Assembly: GCA_001724265.1 (NCBI GenBank)
Contig: MEDY01000056.1
Location: forward strand, 62,001 to 108,181
DNA length: 46,181 nt
Direction: 5' to 3'
From: Rhizaria sp. SCN 62-66
Taxonomy: Eukaryota
Made by a program: the position numbers and the translations under genes. Below are positions 10,324-22,000 of the stretch, piece by piece (positions within the stretch are counted from its first letter, which is position 1; each line of letters opens with the position of its first letter). The notes beneath the pieces were generated by a model. The model was not told where the DNA came from and did not search any database. It saw nothing but the letters and a program-made list of their open reading frames with translations.

Positions 10324-13242
10324 TCACATCGGTGCATCAACGTCCGCCGCACTGGCGCTCGCATGCGACCCTGATGCAGCGGCCATCGTCGGCACATCCG
10401 CAAGCCCGTCCTGCTGTCCGGCATAGTACCCCGCGCCGCTGTCGGTCGCCGCGAAGCCCTGGTGCACATGGTCGCCGCCCCAGCCCCCCGCGCTGCCGCC
10501 GGCGTCGCCCCCGTCGTAGCCTCCGTTGAAGTAGCCCTCGGGGGCCGTGGCACCCATGCCAGCGTGGCGCGCGTTGGCCTCCCTGCGCCTGCGCGCGTAG
10601 TAGTCAGTCTTAGTGGACTGGAGCTCCTGCTGCAGCCGCTGCATGTCTGCCTTGTACTCGTACACACGGTCCTGGAACACCTGCAACTCGTGCTTCATCG
10701 TCTTGTACTTGGCGCGCTTGTCCTGCAGTGTCTCGGCGTACAGACGCAGCTGCTCGGCGGCCTCGGAGCCCGGCTGACGCGCGAGGACCTTGCGGAGCTC
10801 GACGTACAGCTTCTCCTTTTCCTGCAGAGCCTTGTCGCGCGACTCGACCTCGGCACCCTTGGAGATGATGAGCGTCTGCAGACGGCGGATGTACTTGATC
10901 ATCTTGTACGTGTCTGCGTTGGTTGCCTTAAGCCTGCGCCAGCGGTGGATGTTCAGCGGACGCTTCATCTCCTCCTGCAGCGCGCGCACCTTGAGCCTTT
11001 CGTCCACCAGCGCCTGCTGTAAGTCAGAGACGGCCTGCTGTAGTTCGTTGAACTTGCCGTTGTCGCCCTGCACATCGTCCAGCGCGGCCTGTAGATCGTC
11101 GCGCGTCTGTGACAGCGCGCGCACAGCTTCAGCCTTGCCGTCGAAGAAGGCGCGCGACTTCTCCAACACGGAGTTCTGCAGCTTTAAGTGTTCGTAAAGC
11201 TGCGCGACCTCACCGTTGCGGCGCACGAGCTGCTGCGACAGCACAGCGTGCTCGGCAACGACGCTGTTGTGCTGCTTGAGCTGTGCGCGCAGCTCCTCGT
11301 CGGCCGCAGCGACGATGGTGGATAGTGAGCGCACCTGCTGCTCCTGCTCGCTGACAATGCCCTTCTTGGCAGTGATCTGTCCGTCGGCGCCGCGGTTGCG
11401 CTGCTCCAATAGCATGATCGAGTGGCGCACTTCCTTGCACTCGATGTGTTCGAGCAAGTACTGCTGCTGCTTCTCGCGCACTTCGTCCTGCAGGCGTTTA
11501 ATCAAAGCCGAAAGCTGCACCGCCTTGCCGCGGCAGAGCTTGATCTCGTCGCGCTTCTCCACTACGCGCTTCTGCAAGTGGGTGCGCTCGGTGACGGACT
11601 TCTCGATCATGGCCTGCTGCGAGTGTAGGCGCGTCTCATTCTCCACGAGTTGTTGCTGCAGCTGCGCGAGCTTGAGCTGCCGGTCCGCAAGCTCCTCCTC
11701 GGCACGCGCGCGCTGCATCTTGCGCGACAACAACGCTTCCTCGTGCTCGGCGCGGTCGCGGCGCAACGCCTCAGTCACGCGCGTAAGCGTGCGGATCGAC
11801 GACAGATAGCCGTTGAGCTCGTTTTGCGCGTTGCTGAGCACGCTCTTGGCGGCGCGGATGGCGGCTTCGTTGAGGTGCGTCTTGTCGACGGACGCATTGT
11901 GTGCCTGTGAGAGCACCTCGCGCGCACGCACGTAGTTGTCCTTCTCCTTCTCGATTGCACGCAGCGACGAGCGCTTGCCTTCGCGGCCCTCGATCTGCGC
12001 CTTAAGCGACGCCACCTCACTTTCCCAAAACTTCTTCGTCTGCTCCGCGTCCGTCGCCTGCCCGGTGTACACGTCGACGGCGGCCGACATCTCCTCGAGC
12101 TTCGCCCGCGCCTCGGCCGCCGCGGACTGCGTCTTGCTGCACTCAGTGCGCGCCGCCAGCACTGCGCGCGCAACTTCCTCGCGAGCAGCATCTGTGCGCG
12201 CAAACTCGTCGTGCGCAACGACGACGCCCTTCTCCGTCGCCAGAGTCAAGTCGCGCAGCCGTAGCACTTCAGCCTTCTGCGCCTCCAGCACGATCTGCGT
12301 CTGCGCCAGCCGCTCGGCCGCGCGCTCGGCGTTCTTGCCCGCCGTCTCGCTCTGTGCGCGGCGCCCCTGTGCGGCATGATCGAGACGGACCTTCTCCGTC
12401 TTGAGCTCGAGCAACTTGCGCTCCAGGTCCTTGCGCCGCTGCGTCTCAGTCGCCGCGGCCACGGCGGCGGCCTGGAGCTTGCCGTCGAGTGCGTCGACGG
12501 CGGCCTGGGACTTCTTGCAAGTGGCGTCAACCTCGCCAAGCTGCTGCGCAAGCCCCATGTTGTGCTGCCGCACCTTCGTGAGGTCCTGGCGGTGGCGCGC
12601 GCACTGCTCGGCCAAAGTGCGGACCTCAGCCTCGAGCTTCGCCACCGCGGCGGCCTCCTCACCGACGCGGCCCTCGGGCTGGGCGCTGGGGCCCGCGGAA
12701 AGCCGTTCTGCGAGCTCGTCCATCGCGCGCTGCGCGGTCTTGACCTGGCCGCGGAGTCCGTGGAGCGTCTTGGCGAGCTCATCCTTCTGCTGCTGGGATG
12801 TCGATATCTCCTGCTTAAGCGCGAGGCGACGCTTCTTGTCCGACTCGTGCAGACTCAGAAGTGAGTTGAGCTTCTGTGCATCAAGACGAATCTGCTTAGA
12901 GAGAGACTTGCACTTGGCCACGAGCCTCTGTTCGCTCTCATGTGCCATGAGCAGCGCCTGTTGCAGCTTCGAATACTGGGCAACGAACACATCGAGAGAC
13001 TCGCCTTGCGCCGAGACGTTGAGAGGCGCAAGAAGAGACTCATCAAAGCGTACATCGCGAGGCGTAAAAGAGCCAGCAGCCGAGTTGGTCACAGGACCAC
13101 CCAGCGACTACAGGTTGTTTGTTTGCAGGAAAGTCAGGGCAATAAGGGAGAGGTCAGTTGGGTGAGCGAGGAAAGAACCACGGAGCGGCGGAGGAGAGTG
13201 GATAGCGGAGGTAAGTAAAGGTTAGAAACAAAGACGAACCAT
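10324..13242 (-). CDS. CFAP58: Cilia- and flagella-associated protein 58 (CCDC147 family), about 928 aa; exon 1 = ATG only (13242-13240), exon 2 = 13107-10324
   Basis: Long coiled coil. The C-terminal block RPLNIHRWRRL...LQEKEKLYVELRKVLARQPGSEAAEQLRLY matches the CFAP58 signature as I recall it. ATG is followed by GTTCGT, a pyrimidine-rich tract and CTGTAG, and splicing joins it in frame to the ORF. Stop is TGA. Confidence 0.9.
13108..13239 (-). other. Spliceosomal intron, 132 nt, phase 0, directly after the start codon
   Basis: GTTCGT...AACCTGTAG, C/T-rich, contains an in-frame TAA. Removal gives M-S-L-G-G-P-V-T-N. Confidence 0.75.
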
Positions 13243-13823
13243 GTTACGGAGATGTTTAGGAATAGACCTGTGGCGTGGCCACTCTCAGACGAATAGTCAG
13301 CGCTAGGAACGAGGGGTAGAGAGTATTGAGTGCTTGAAGAGCTTGGCTGTTGGATGGTCGAAAGATTTAAGAAGTAGCTTGTGAGGAATGATTTGATCGT
13401 CAATGTCAATTTGTCAAACAGCCTAATGTATAGCAGCAAGTATTTCATACTGCACAGCAATGGTATTCGTATTGGGCAGTTGCAATATAATCAGCAGTCA
13501 AGTTTACTGATGTGGCCTCGAAAGTAACCGTTTTTCTTTAGATACAGCTTTCTACTTCTTCGTTGCTCCGCGGTCGAAGATAGGATCCAAGCCACTGATT
13601 TTTGAGCATGTACAACCTGGGGCAAAACTCATTGAAACGTGCATTCTCTGGATTATCCGTGTACTATCTGTCGTAAATGATCATAATTTATTTTTAAATC
13701 ATGTGTTCAGGACTCCTGGTTGCGCGCACACACTCTTCCGTAGAATCGTTACTCACTTGCTTTCTACCATCATCTCCTCACGCTCTTTCTCGCTCGTGCG
13801 CTCTAAACCGCCCAGTTCTCCGC
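13243..13823. promoter_or_regulatory. Divergent (head-to-head) promoter/5'UTR region
   Basis: About 580 nt of AT-richer sequence between the CFAP58 ATG (-) and the ATG at 13824 (+). No specific motif identified. Confidence 0.5.
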
Positions 13824-14949
13824 ATGTCTCATCGCAAGAGCTCTAATGTGAAGGAGTTCCGTCCGTCCCGCCGCGTCATTAACTCCCGCGACAACTACAA
13901 GGACGGTGGTGACTATCTCCACCACGAGCATCTTCAGGGTGCTCCCCAGGTACGTCATTCAGCATCTCAGAACACCGTTCTCAAACGCATATCACTTGCA
14001 CCACACCGTCATCACACTCCTTTGCCTACATTTTGACGTCTTGTTTCTATCTACCGCCCCTTTCACCCAGGCCGCCGTCGGCGTCCCCGAGCCGTACCGC
14101 CCCGCGCGCCGCGTACAGACGCAGTCTGAGCAGGTCGCGCAACGCCGCGCCGAGGAGGACTCCCGCGACGAGCGCACGCGCGCGCACAACACGGCCCGCG
14201 GCGAGCGTCTGCAGGAGATTACCACGCGCTCCAAGAACATTAACGGCTTTGGTGACGAGTACGTCCCGCAGCGCAAGGGTCCCGCGCAGGTGAGCAACAA
14301 CTCAACGCTCGAGTTTGCTGACGGCGGCGCGGGCTCCGTCGCCCCCGTCGTGCCCTCGGCCGGCGGCGCCGAGGCTAACCGGCGTCTGATGTCCGGCCCC
14401 GCGCGCTTTTACGCCAAGTCCAACTCGCCTGACCGCGGCCGCGCCACGCGCCAGTACGACTCGTCCGTCGGCTATACGTCGTACGAGTACTCGGCCGCCT
14501 CGGCCGCGGCCGACGTCCCCACGGCCGCTGTCTCGGGCCCCCCCGCCGCGGGGCTTACCTCTGCCGCCGTCCACGCCCGCGGCCCCGCGAACGCCGCCGC
14601 TGGTTCCGGCTTCGGCTCTGGCGCTGGCGCTGGCGCTGGCCCCAGTGGGCTGTCGACGAGTGGACGCTTCTCCGCCGCCGCCGCCGCGCAGTCGCGTCCC
14701 TCGGGTGGCTTCATGCAGTACAACGAATCGGGCGTCTCCGACCAGCCCGTGAGCGCGCGCCGCCGCGGCGTTGGGGCGGGTGCCGGCTACACCGGCAACG
14801 GCAACATCCTGTCGCACCCGGAGGCAGTCCGCAGCAACGGCGGCGGCGATGTCCCCGCCGCCAAGGCCGCCGCCGCGCCCTACGCCACCGGCGACGCCGT
14901 CAAGCAGCCATCCAACAAGGTCTACAGCGGCATTCAGCGTCCTTATTAA
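13824..14949 (+). CDS. Hypothetical protein, about 334 aa; exons 13824-13949 and 14071-14949
   Basis: Two ORFs with strong C/G-ending codon bias are joined in frame by CAG|GTACGT...TTTCACCCAG|GCC. Repeated RP(S/A)RRV motif, Gly/Ala/Ser-rich tail, stop TAA. Confidence 0.8.
13950..14070 (+). other. Spliceosomal intron, 121 nt, phase 0
   Basis: GTACGT donor, T/C-rich body, CAG acceptor; removal resolves the frame change between the two ORFs. Confidence 0.85.
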
Positions 14950-15078
14950 GCGGTTGGCTAGACACGCGAAGCTTGGCACCAGTTTGTGTCCATTAGGCTG
15001 CTTAGCTGAGTGTTGATTGTGTGCTATGTTGTCTGTTGTGCGCTGTCATGTGACCTGCTTTGGCCGCCGTCGGCACTG

Positions 15079-15105
15079 TATGCCCTGTCACAATGACAGG
15101 GCATA
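15079..15105. repeat. Perfect 12-bp inverted repeat (hairpin) in a putative 3'UTR
   Basis: TATGCCCTGTCA-CAA-TGACAGGGCATA. Confidence 0.85.
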
Positions 15106-16066
15106 GTCTGCATGTGCGCCTACGTTCGGGTGCGGGTGCATTTTGGAGCCAATGTCAATCCTCTCATTCTGTACTCGCGCTTCACGAAATGTAAAGCTCC
15201 TGGAAGCTTACACATCAGCTGACACGTGCATATTGGGTGATTTGGCGTGGCTTATGTGATAACCGCTATAATTAACTCTTTTTTATGTTTCTCTTTTTGT
15301 ATCTCTCTTTTTTTTTTTTGCTCTGTTTTCTCTTACATTGTACTGTTTAGTATCTTCCCTTGTTCCGCTTGCTTTATGTCTGCCTGCTTTTGTTATTGTT
15401 TTTTGCTTCTGTGTCGTTTCATTTAATGGCATAGCTTGCGCGTCCGCTGTCACTCTGCCTAAATGAACAAATATCAGGGTGTTTTCTTGCCTTCTGCAAG
15501 ACAATCTTGCAACGCAAACGCGAATGCTGTGCCTAACTGTTTGAGTGCACACTCTCGTGTCACTCATTCAACTTTGCTTCTCACGTCACCAGGATCTACT
15601 TCAGTATTAATAAACCGATTTTTTCATGCCACCGCATATATTCTGTGTTGAAACTCAAAATCACAGTCATATACCTTGATTTCGCTGCAGAGTCGGTAGT
15701 ATTAATAAATATTGGCATTCGTTGCGACATCCCCTTTAAGCTGTCTGTCGGGCCGCGCACAAGATTCGCCGAGCCGATAACGATCGAGTTATCTCATTAT
15801 CAGATCCGTCAGCGAAACGTTATGGTCTTCTCCTAAGTTGCATATAGAGATTTCTTCGTGGTCATTAAAAAAAATCTTGACAGGTATCTAACACGGCTCT
15901 TAAATCTTCCATTGTGCTCACCCCGCCACAAAGTAGGACCCTCCATCTTTCTGATCGCGCTTCCCGGCGGTCTACTCGTCAGCCCTAGTGTCAACCGTCT
16001 CGTTACACACTTATCACGCGCCTTAGCGCGGCTTTTCTACTCCACCGAGCCCGCGCTCTGTGTGTG

Positions 16067-19000
16067 ATGAACCCCACTCTCGCAGCGCCGTTCCCGGCCG
16101 CCCCGTGTCCCCTCGCCGGTCGCGTCGTCCACAGCGTCTCGCTGCATCAGCTCTGCGACGCACCATTCCGCTCCGGCGGGGCTGCGAGCGGCGGCGTGGC
16201 CGAAGGCGGCTCGTCATCTCGCTACGGCGTCGAATACTTTCATTAGTACGGCCACGACGACGATGACGATGAGAACCGGCGCGTCGCCGCCTCCTTCCTC
16301 AAGTCCGAGCTCGTGATCCGATACCCGCTTCCGCCACCTTCAGCTACATCGCCATCGACCGCCGCGCTGACGCCCGCGTCGGCCGCACGGGGTCCCTACG
16401 ACCCTAAGCAGGATCCCGAGGCCGAGACGTTTGCCGCGCTGGCCCCGTTCGTGTTCCCGCGCGGCGTCCGAGTCGCACTCGCCCCGCGCCCGCCCGCCAT
16501 CCACTCGTTCGTGCTCTCAGCCACCGCGGCGGCGGCTTTCGCGCCCCGCCCGTCCTCGTCGACCGCCAATGACAGCAGCAACAGCATGGCTACCTTGGTG
16601 GCCGGCACTGCCAACGCGGAGGCTGCAGCGGCGGCTGAGGCAGCAAGAGCCAGTGCCGCAATGTTACAGTCAGCGGCCAGCAACGCCAGCGGCCTGCCGC
16701 CGCCGCCGCCGCGCGCGCCTGTGTACGGCGTGGTGATGATTCAGTGGGTGCCTGCGCGCGCGGCCGTGACGGCGACGGTTAAGATGCAGCTTGCGCGCAC
16801 CATGCTCCGCTGGCCGCACTCGGCCGCGAGCGCCGCGGGTGGCGCCAAGAGTGGCGACGGCGGCGGCGCCAATGCGGGCGACGGCGACCGTGCGCCGCCC
16901 GCGGCGGGCGACGGCGAGGCCGACCAGGGCCCATCGCTGGCGGTGCGCACACTGCTGCACAGCCAGTTCACGCCGCTGCCCACGGTCGTCTTCGAGCCGC
17001 GCGCCGTGGTCGTGCTGAGCTACAGCAACGCGCTCACTGTTGTCACCGAAGCGCTGACCAAGGTGATGCTGCAGACGGTGTTGACGCCGCACTCGGTGCG
17101 GTACTTGCACGACGTGCTCGACGCGCTGCCAGTGCTGGTTTCCCGCGGAGCCCACGCGCTGCCGCAAGTGGTCAAGGCGCCGAGTGTGACGCTGCGGATG
17201 ACGAAGCACGTGGTCACGGACAACAGCAGCAGCGCCAGAAATGAAAGCAGCCAAAACTCGAGCTTTGTGGAGAGCAACAACAGCTCTGAGCGCGGCGACT
17301 CGAACAATAAGAAGACCAACACTGAGAGTGCAAGCTTAAGTACTTCGGTAGTTGAGGCTCACCTCTTCCATTACTTAGAAGACAACAACGCGCCCCCTTA
17401 CATTCTATCAGAGTACTCTTACAACACGTTTCGCAACCTTAACATGGCTTCAGCCACTGCGGCGCTGGCCTCGTTCAGCGCCATGCCGATGCCGTCCCTG
17501 CCAGCGGCGGCTGCCGCGGCGGCGTCAGCGGGCGCGGCGGGCGCGGTCGCGGCCGCGATCGGTCTCATGTCTCATGGACTGGCTGTCAACACGAGCTACA
17601 ACGGTGGCGGCGTTAACGCCAGCGCAAGCATGAACATCAAGACGAATAGCGGTGGGCGCAACAGTGGGCTTGAAAATGGGAGCTTCAGTGGCAGCGTCGG
17701 CGCTGCAGCGAACGCGAGTGCGAGTGGGGGCAGTGCTGGTCTGAGCCGAAACAGTCTTAGCCGAAACAACAGCCTGCTGACTGCGAAGCGCGCCGCAGCT
17801 GACGCAGACACTTCTGCTGCGCGTGCTGCCGCTACAAAAGATAGCAGCGACAGCAGCATTAACACGAACATTAACGATGATCCGAACAGCTGTAACCGTA
17901 TCAGAACGTCCGCCGCTTCGTCGGCAGCCGCAGCAGCTGCAGCCGTCGTGGCAAGCGTTGTGTCATTCGAGCCTCCCACCGAGGGCTCCTGGGCTGCAAC
18001 CAGAACCGTCGCGCGCCGCAGCGCCGTTGTGCGCGCCGCGGGCGCAGCTGCGGCAGGCACCGCGGGCGCGGGCGCTGCTGCCGGCGCCGAGGCCGCCGCC
18101 GTTGCGGCCGTCACTGCCTCGCGCGTCATTGCGTGCGCGCGCGACGCGACTATGGCGGTGGTGGATGTGAAGCCGGGAGGTTCCTATGAACCGCCGCCAC
18201 CGCTCGCCGTGGCCGCGACGCTGCCGGCCTTTGTCTTCCCGCCATATCCGTACAACACGGTACCGCTCATCGAGCCGCTGCAGTACTCGATTCTCTTCGC
18301 GCGGCTGTCGGCGCCCGTGATCACGACTGTTATCAGCGCTGTACTCGCGCAGATCAGCGTGCTCTGCGTGTCGCACTCGATCTCGGCTGTCACGCCGTGC
18401 ATGGAGGCGCTCTCGTCGCTGATCCAACCGTTCCCGACGTCGTACGTGTATGTTCCGCTGCTGGTGCCGATGATGGAGCCCGTTTTGCATGCGCCGATGC
18501 CGTTCTTTGTTGGTGCACACGCCTCGATTGTCGCCCACTTGCCCGACGAGTCGCCGACGATTGTCTGCAATCTCGACACGAACCGTGTGTTCACGTACTC
18601 TGCCGCTGGCGTCGCCCCGTTTCCGCCGCCCTTGCCACTGGCTCCCGCGCCTGCCGCGCCCGCCACGACCACCGCGGCCGCCGCCGCAGTCGCAACTGCC
18701 GAAGCGGCGATTTCCGCATCAGCTGCCGCTATCTCGGGCACGACCGGCGCCGCTGCCGCCGACGCCGCGGCAATCGACTCGTACCACACCGCGCTCGCAG
18801 CCGCCATTGCGCTCGCATCAGCCCCCGTGGCGCCCGTGCTGCCAGCCGTCCCGGTCGCGACCGCGGCCGACACGGCGCTCGCAGGCGCCGCGCTGTCCGC
18901 GGCCGCGGCCCCTGCGGCGGCGCTGACGGCCCCGTTCCTGCCCGCGCTGCTGGGCGGCAGCCACCACCCGCCCGCGCCCTCGGCCGCGGCGACGGCGACA

Positions 19001-22000
19001 GCGACGCTGAGCAACAGCACGGGCGTGAGTCTCGCGGGTGTGGCCATCACCGCGCCGTCCGTGTGCGCTGAGGCCGCGGCCGCGCCGTGGACCCCGCTCC
19101 CGGGCTCGGCAGCCGCGTACCTTGTCTCGCCCGTCACGCCCGCGTACGCACTGGCACGCGCGAGCTCCGCGGCAGGCGCGCCCGCTGTGACGCCGACGCT
19201 GCGCCTGCTGCCGGCGCCGTCTCCGGCGGGGCAGCGCGCGCTCGAGACCGCGCTACTGCTTTGGCGCGCCCCGGGCTCCTCGCTGCGCCAGGCCGGCGAC
19301 GCGCTCTCGATCGCGACCGCCGGCGGCGCCGCCGCGGCAGCCGCGGCGGCCAGCGGCGCGGAGAGCGGGCTGGGCGCGCGCGAAGCTGCTCTGCTCACTG
19401 CGCTTGCCGGCAGCGCCGCGGCGCCCGCTCTGCGTGAGCTGGCGTGGCGGCGCTTGCTGGCGGCGACCTCGGGCCGCACGGCCGCGGGCGCAGTTGTCGT
19501 CGGCGCGCACGCGTACGGCCAGGTGCACCGCAGCGGCGGGTTCGCGCGCGAGGTTGGCTGGGGCATCGCGACTGTGGGCTCCGCGGGCGGCGGCGGCGGC
19601 GTCGGCGGCGCGGGCGCGGCGGTGAGGGCCGACATGATGTCGCTCTCGTCGCTGCTGCATTACCCGGCCATGGTTACAGCGACGAGCAACTCCAGCGCGG
19701 GCGCTGGCGCATTGGCAAACGGCGTCGGTGGCGACGTGACCGTGAGCGTGGGTCACAGGGGCGTTGACGCGCTGCTGTACTTGCTCGGCGCAACAGGGCT
19801 CACGGTCACTGGCCGCATGTCTCCGATTGTGCCCTCGACATCAGCGTCAGAATATGGCCAGTTGCATGCGCATCAGCAACAACAACAACGAAGCTTTGTC
19901 CTCGAGCGGCCGCGTGGCGCAACGACTGCGACGTTAGAGCGCGCACTCACCGTTGCCGTTGCAAGGGCAACTGCTGCTGCTCTTGCCTGCTATAAGGCTG
20001 CGACATCGCATAGTGTGCAAAGCGCTTCGCAAAACACCGAAACCGATAAAGACGCTGATAACCCTGAAGCTCTGTACCAGAAGCGCCGGCTGCAACGGCA
20101 TCATCATCAGCGCCGCGCTACTGCTGCTGCAGCTGACTCCGCGGTCGCTCTCGCGACAAAGGTGCGCGGCGCACTGCGTGAGCTCGCGTCCCTGGACGAC
20201 TCGGCGGCCGGCGCCGCGTCACTTCTTCGCCTTGCTGAGCAAGCTACTCCCGCGTTTGACGTAACGACACGGTCTAACAACGCTGCAAGAGTAATTGGGA
20301 ACAACGACAAGGTTGGTGTTGTCAGCGGCGGTCTCGTGGGGCTGGAGGCCGCACTATCAGGCTGGCTTGCCAACGCTGGCCTAGAGGGCGCGGCTGCGGG
20401 TGGAGCTGACTGGAGCGATGTCTCAGTCCCGTTGGCCCATGTCACTGCTGCCGTCACAGCTGCGGTTGCTGCGTCGTTATCGTCGGTTAATACCAAGGGC
20501 AGCGGCAATGACAAGTCGGCGAACATGAACATTGCAAACGTCGGTGGTGCAGTTGACGCTCTTTGTGCTGCTGCGGAGACGATGTCGACCGTCGGCGTGA
20601 CCGCGCAGCCGCCAGGTGCCACTGCGGGTATTTCTGCTGCGGCTGCCACAGCAACCGTATCTGCCGCGGCTGCAGCTGCGCGTGGCCACATCCTGCTCGC
20701 ACGTAAGATTTGTAGCCTTATCACCGCAACGAACACGAACTCGGATGACACTTTGAGTATTGGCAACGCCTTCGTTGATGATGAAGTGAAGCAACTTGAC
20801 TCTACAAACGTTCATGGTGCAAGGCGAAGTGCTGACTCGCAAAGGACTCTGCAAATGCTGCGTCGCCGGCGTGTACCTGTCCCTCGTTGGGGTACAGACG
20901 CAATCCTCCCGGCCTCGCTCGCGTCCATTACGGACCCCGGAAGCGCGCACGGTCACTTCGGCTCCCACAGTCACGCTACATTGTCGCAGTCACTGTATGG
21001 GAGCACCGGACTTGCGGGGACGGTCGATGATCTACTGACCACCGTCACTGACCCATCTGACGAATCCACAGCCACACTGCAAACTAGCAGCTGTACTACG
21101 AACAACAACGATCACGTCTCGGTCTCGGCTCCGCGCAATCGCCGCGCTGCTGCGGCCGCTGCCGCTGCCTCCGCGGCGGCTGCGACTGCCGCAGCTTCTC
21201 GGCGGCTCAGCGCTTTGTGGGACGGCGGGGACGACGAGTTCGCGGCGCTGTCATCGGCAGTGCGTCCTCCTCTCATTCACCCTGCGATGAGTCAGCCAGC
21301 GCTGCTCATACCTGGCTTTGCGGAGGACATCATCCCGAGTCTCTCGGTGTTCTTCTCCGGCGACAACAACGAGAATAGCATAAATGACAATCCTGAAGAC
21401 AGCTCTGATGGAGCTAAATTTTGCATGGAGAGTGATGAAAAGAAGAACACTGAGTCGCCAACTAAACCGAAGCCCCAAGACGTTACGGACTCAACAAGCG
21501 AGCTGCAGTCCGAAGCTCCCGGCGGAGTGGCCGAGGCCCGTGTCCGTATTCCTCACCCGGCGACGTTCCCCGCTGCCTCCACGCTCTACTTGCCGCCCGT
21601 CTCGGCAGCACCCGCACGCACGGTTACTGCCGCCGCGGCCGCCGCGACGCACACCGCGCTGGCGTCCTACACGCGCCTTCCGTGGGCGACTGCAACGCGC
21701 GTCGGCGCGTCGCTGCAGCACGCGGCCGCCGCGCTGGGCTCCGCCGCCTTCTACGACTCACACTTTCCCTCAGTCTGGCACTGGTTCGACCTGGCCACGA
21801 CGCGCGACGCCGTGGCGCCCGAGAGCGAGTGGGGCGCCGACGGGGCGCCCGGCGGCGGCGATGCGGAGGCCGCCAAGGCTGCTGCGGCGGCGGCAGTCAG
21901 TGGGCTTTCAGGGCTGACGCGGCTTGAGCGCGACGAAGACGAAGAGTACACTGCGCTCACACACAACACCAGTGCCGTTGCCGACGCGGCGGGGGCGAAC

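Noticed and set aside
13108-13110. In-frame TAG upstream of the CFAP58 ORF as another recoded codon
   Set aside because: It follows a pyrimidine tract and is better explained as a 3' splice site; the upstream frame also contains TAA.
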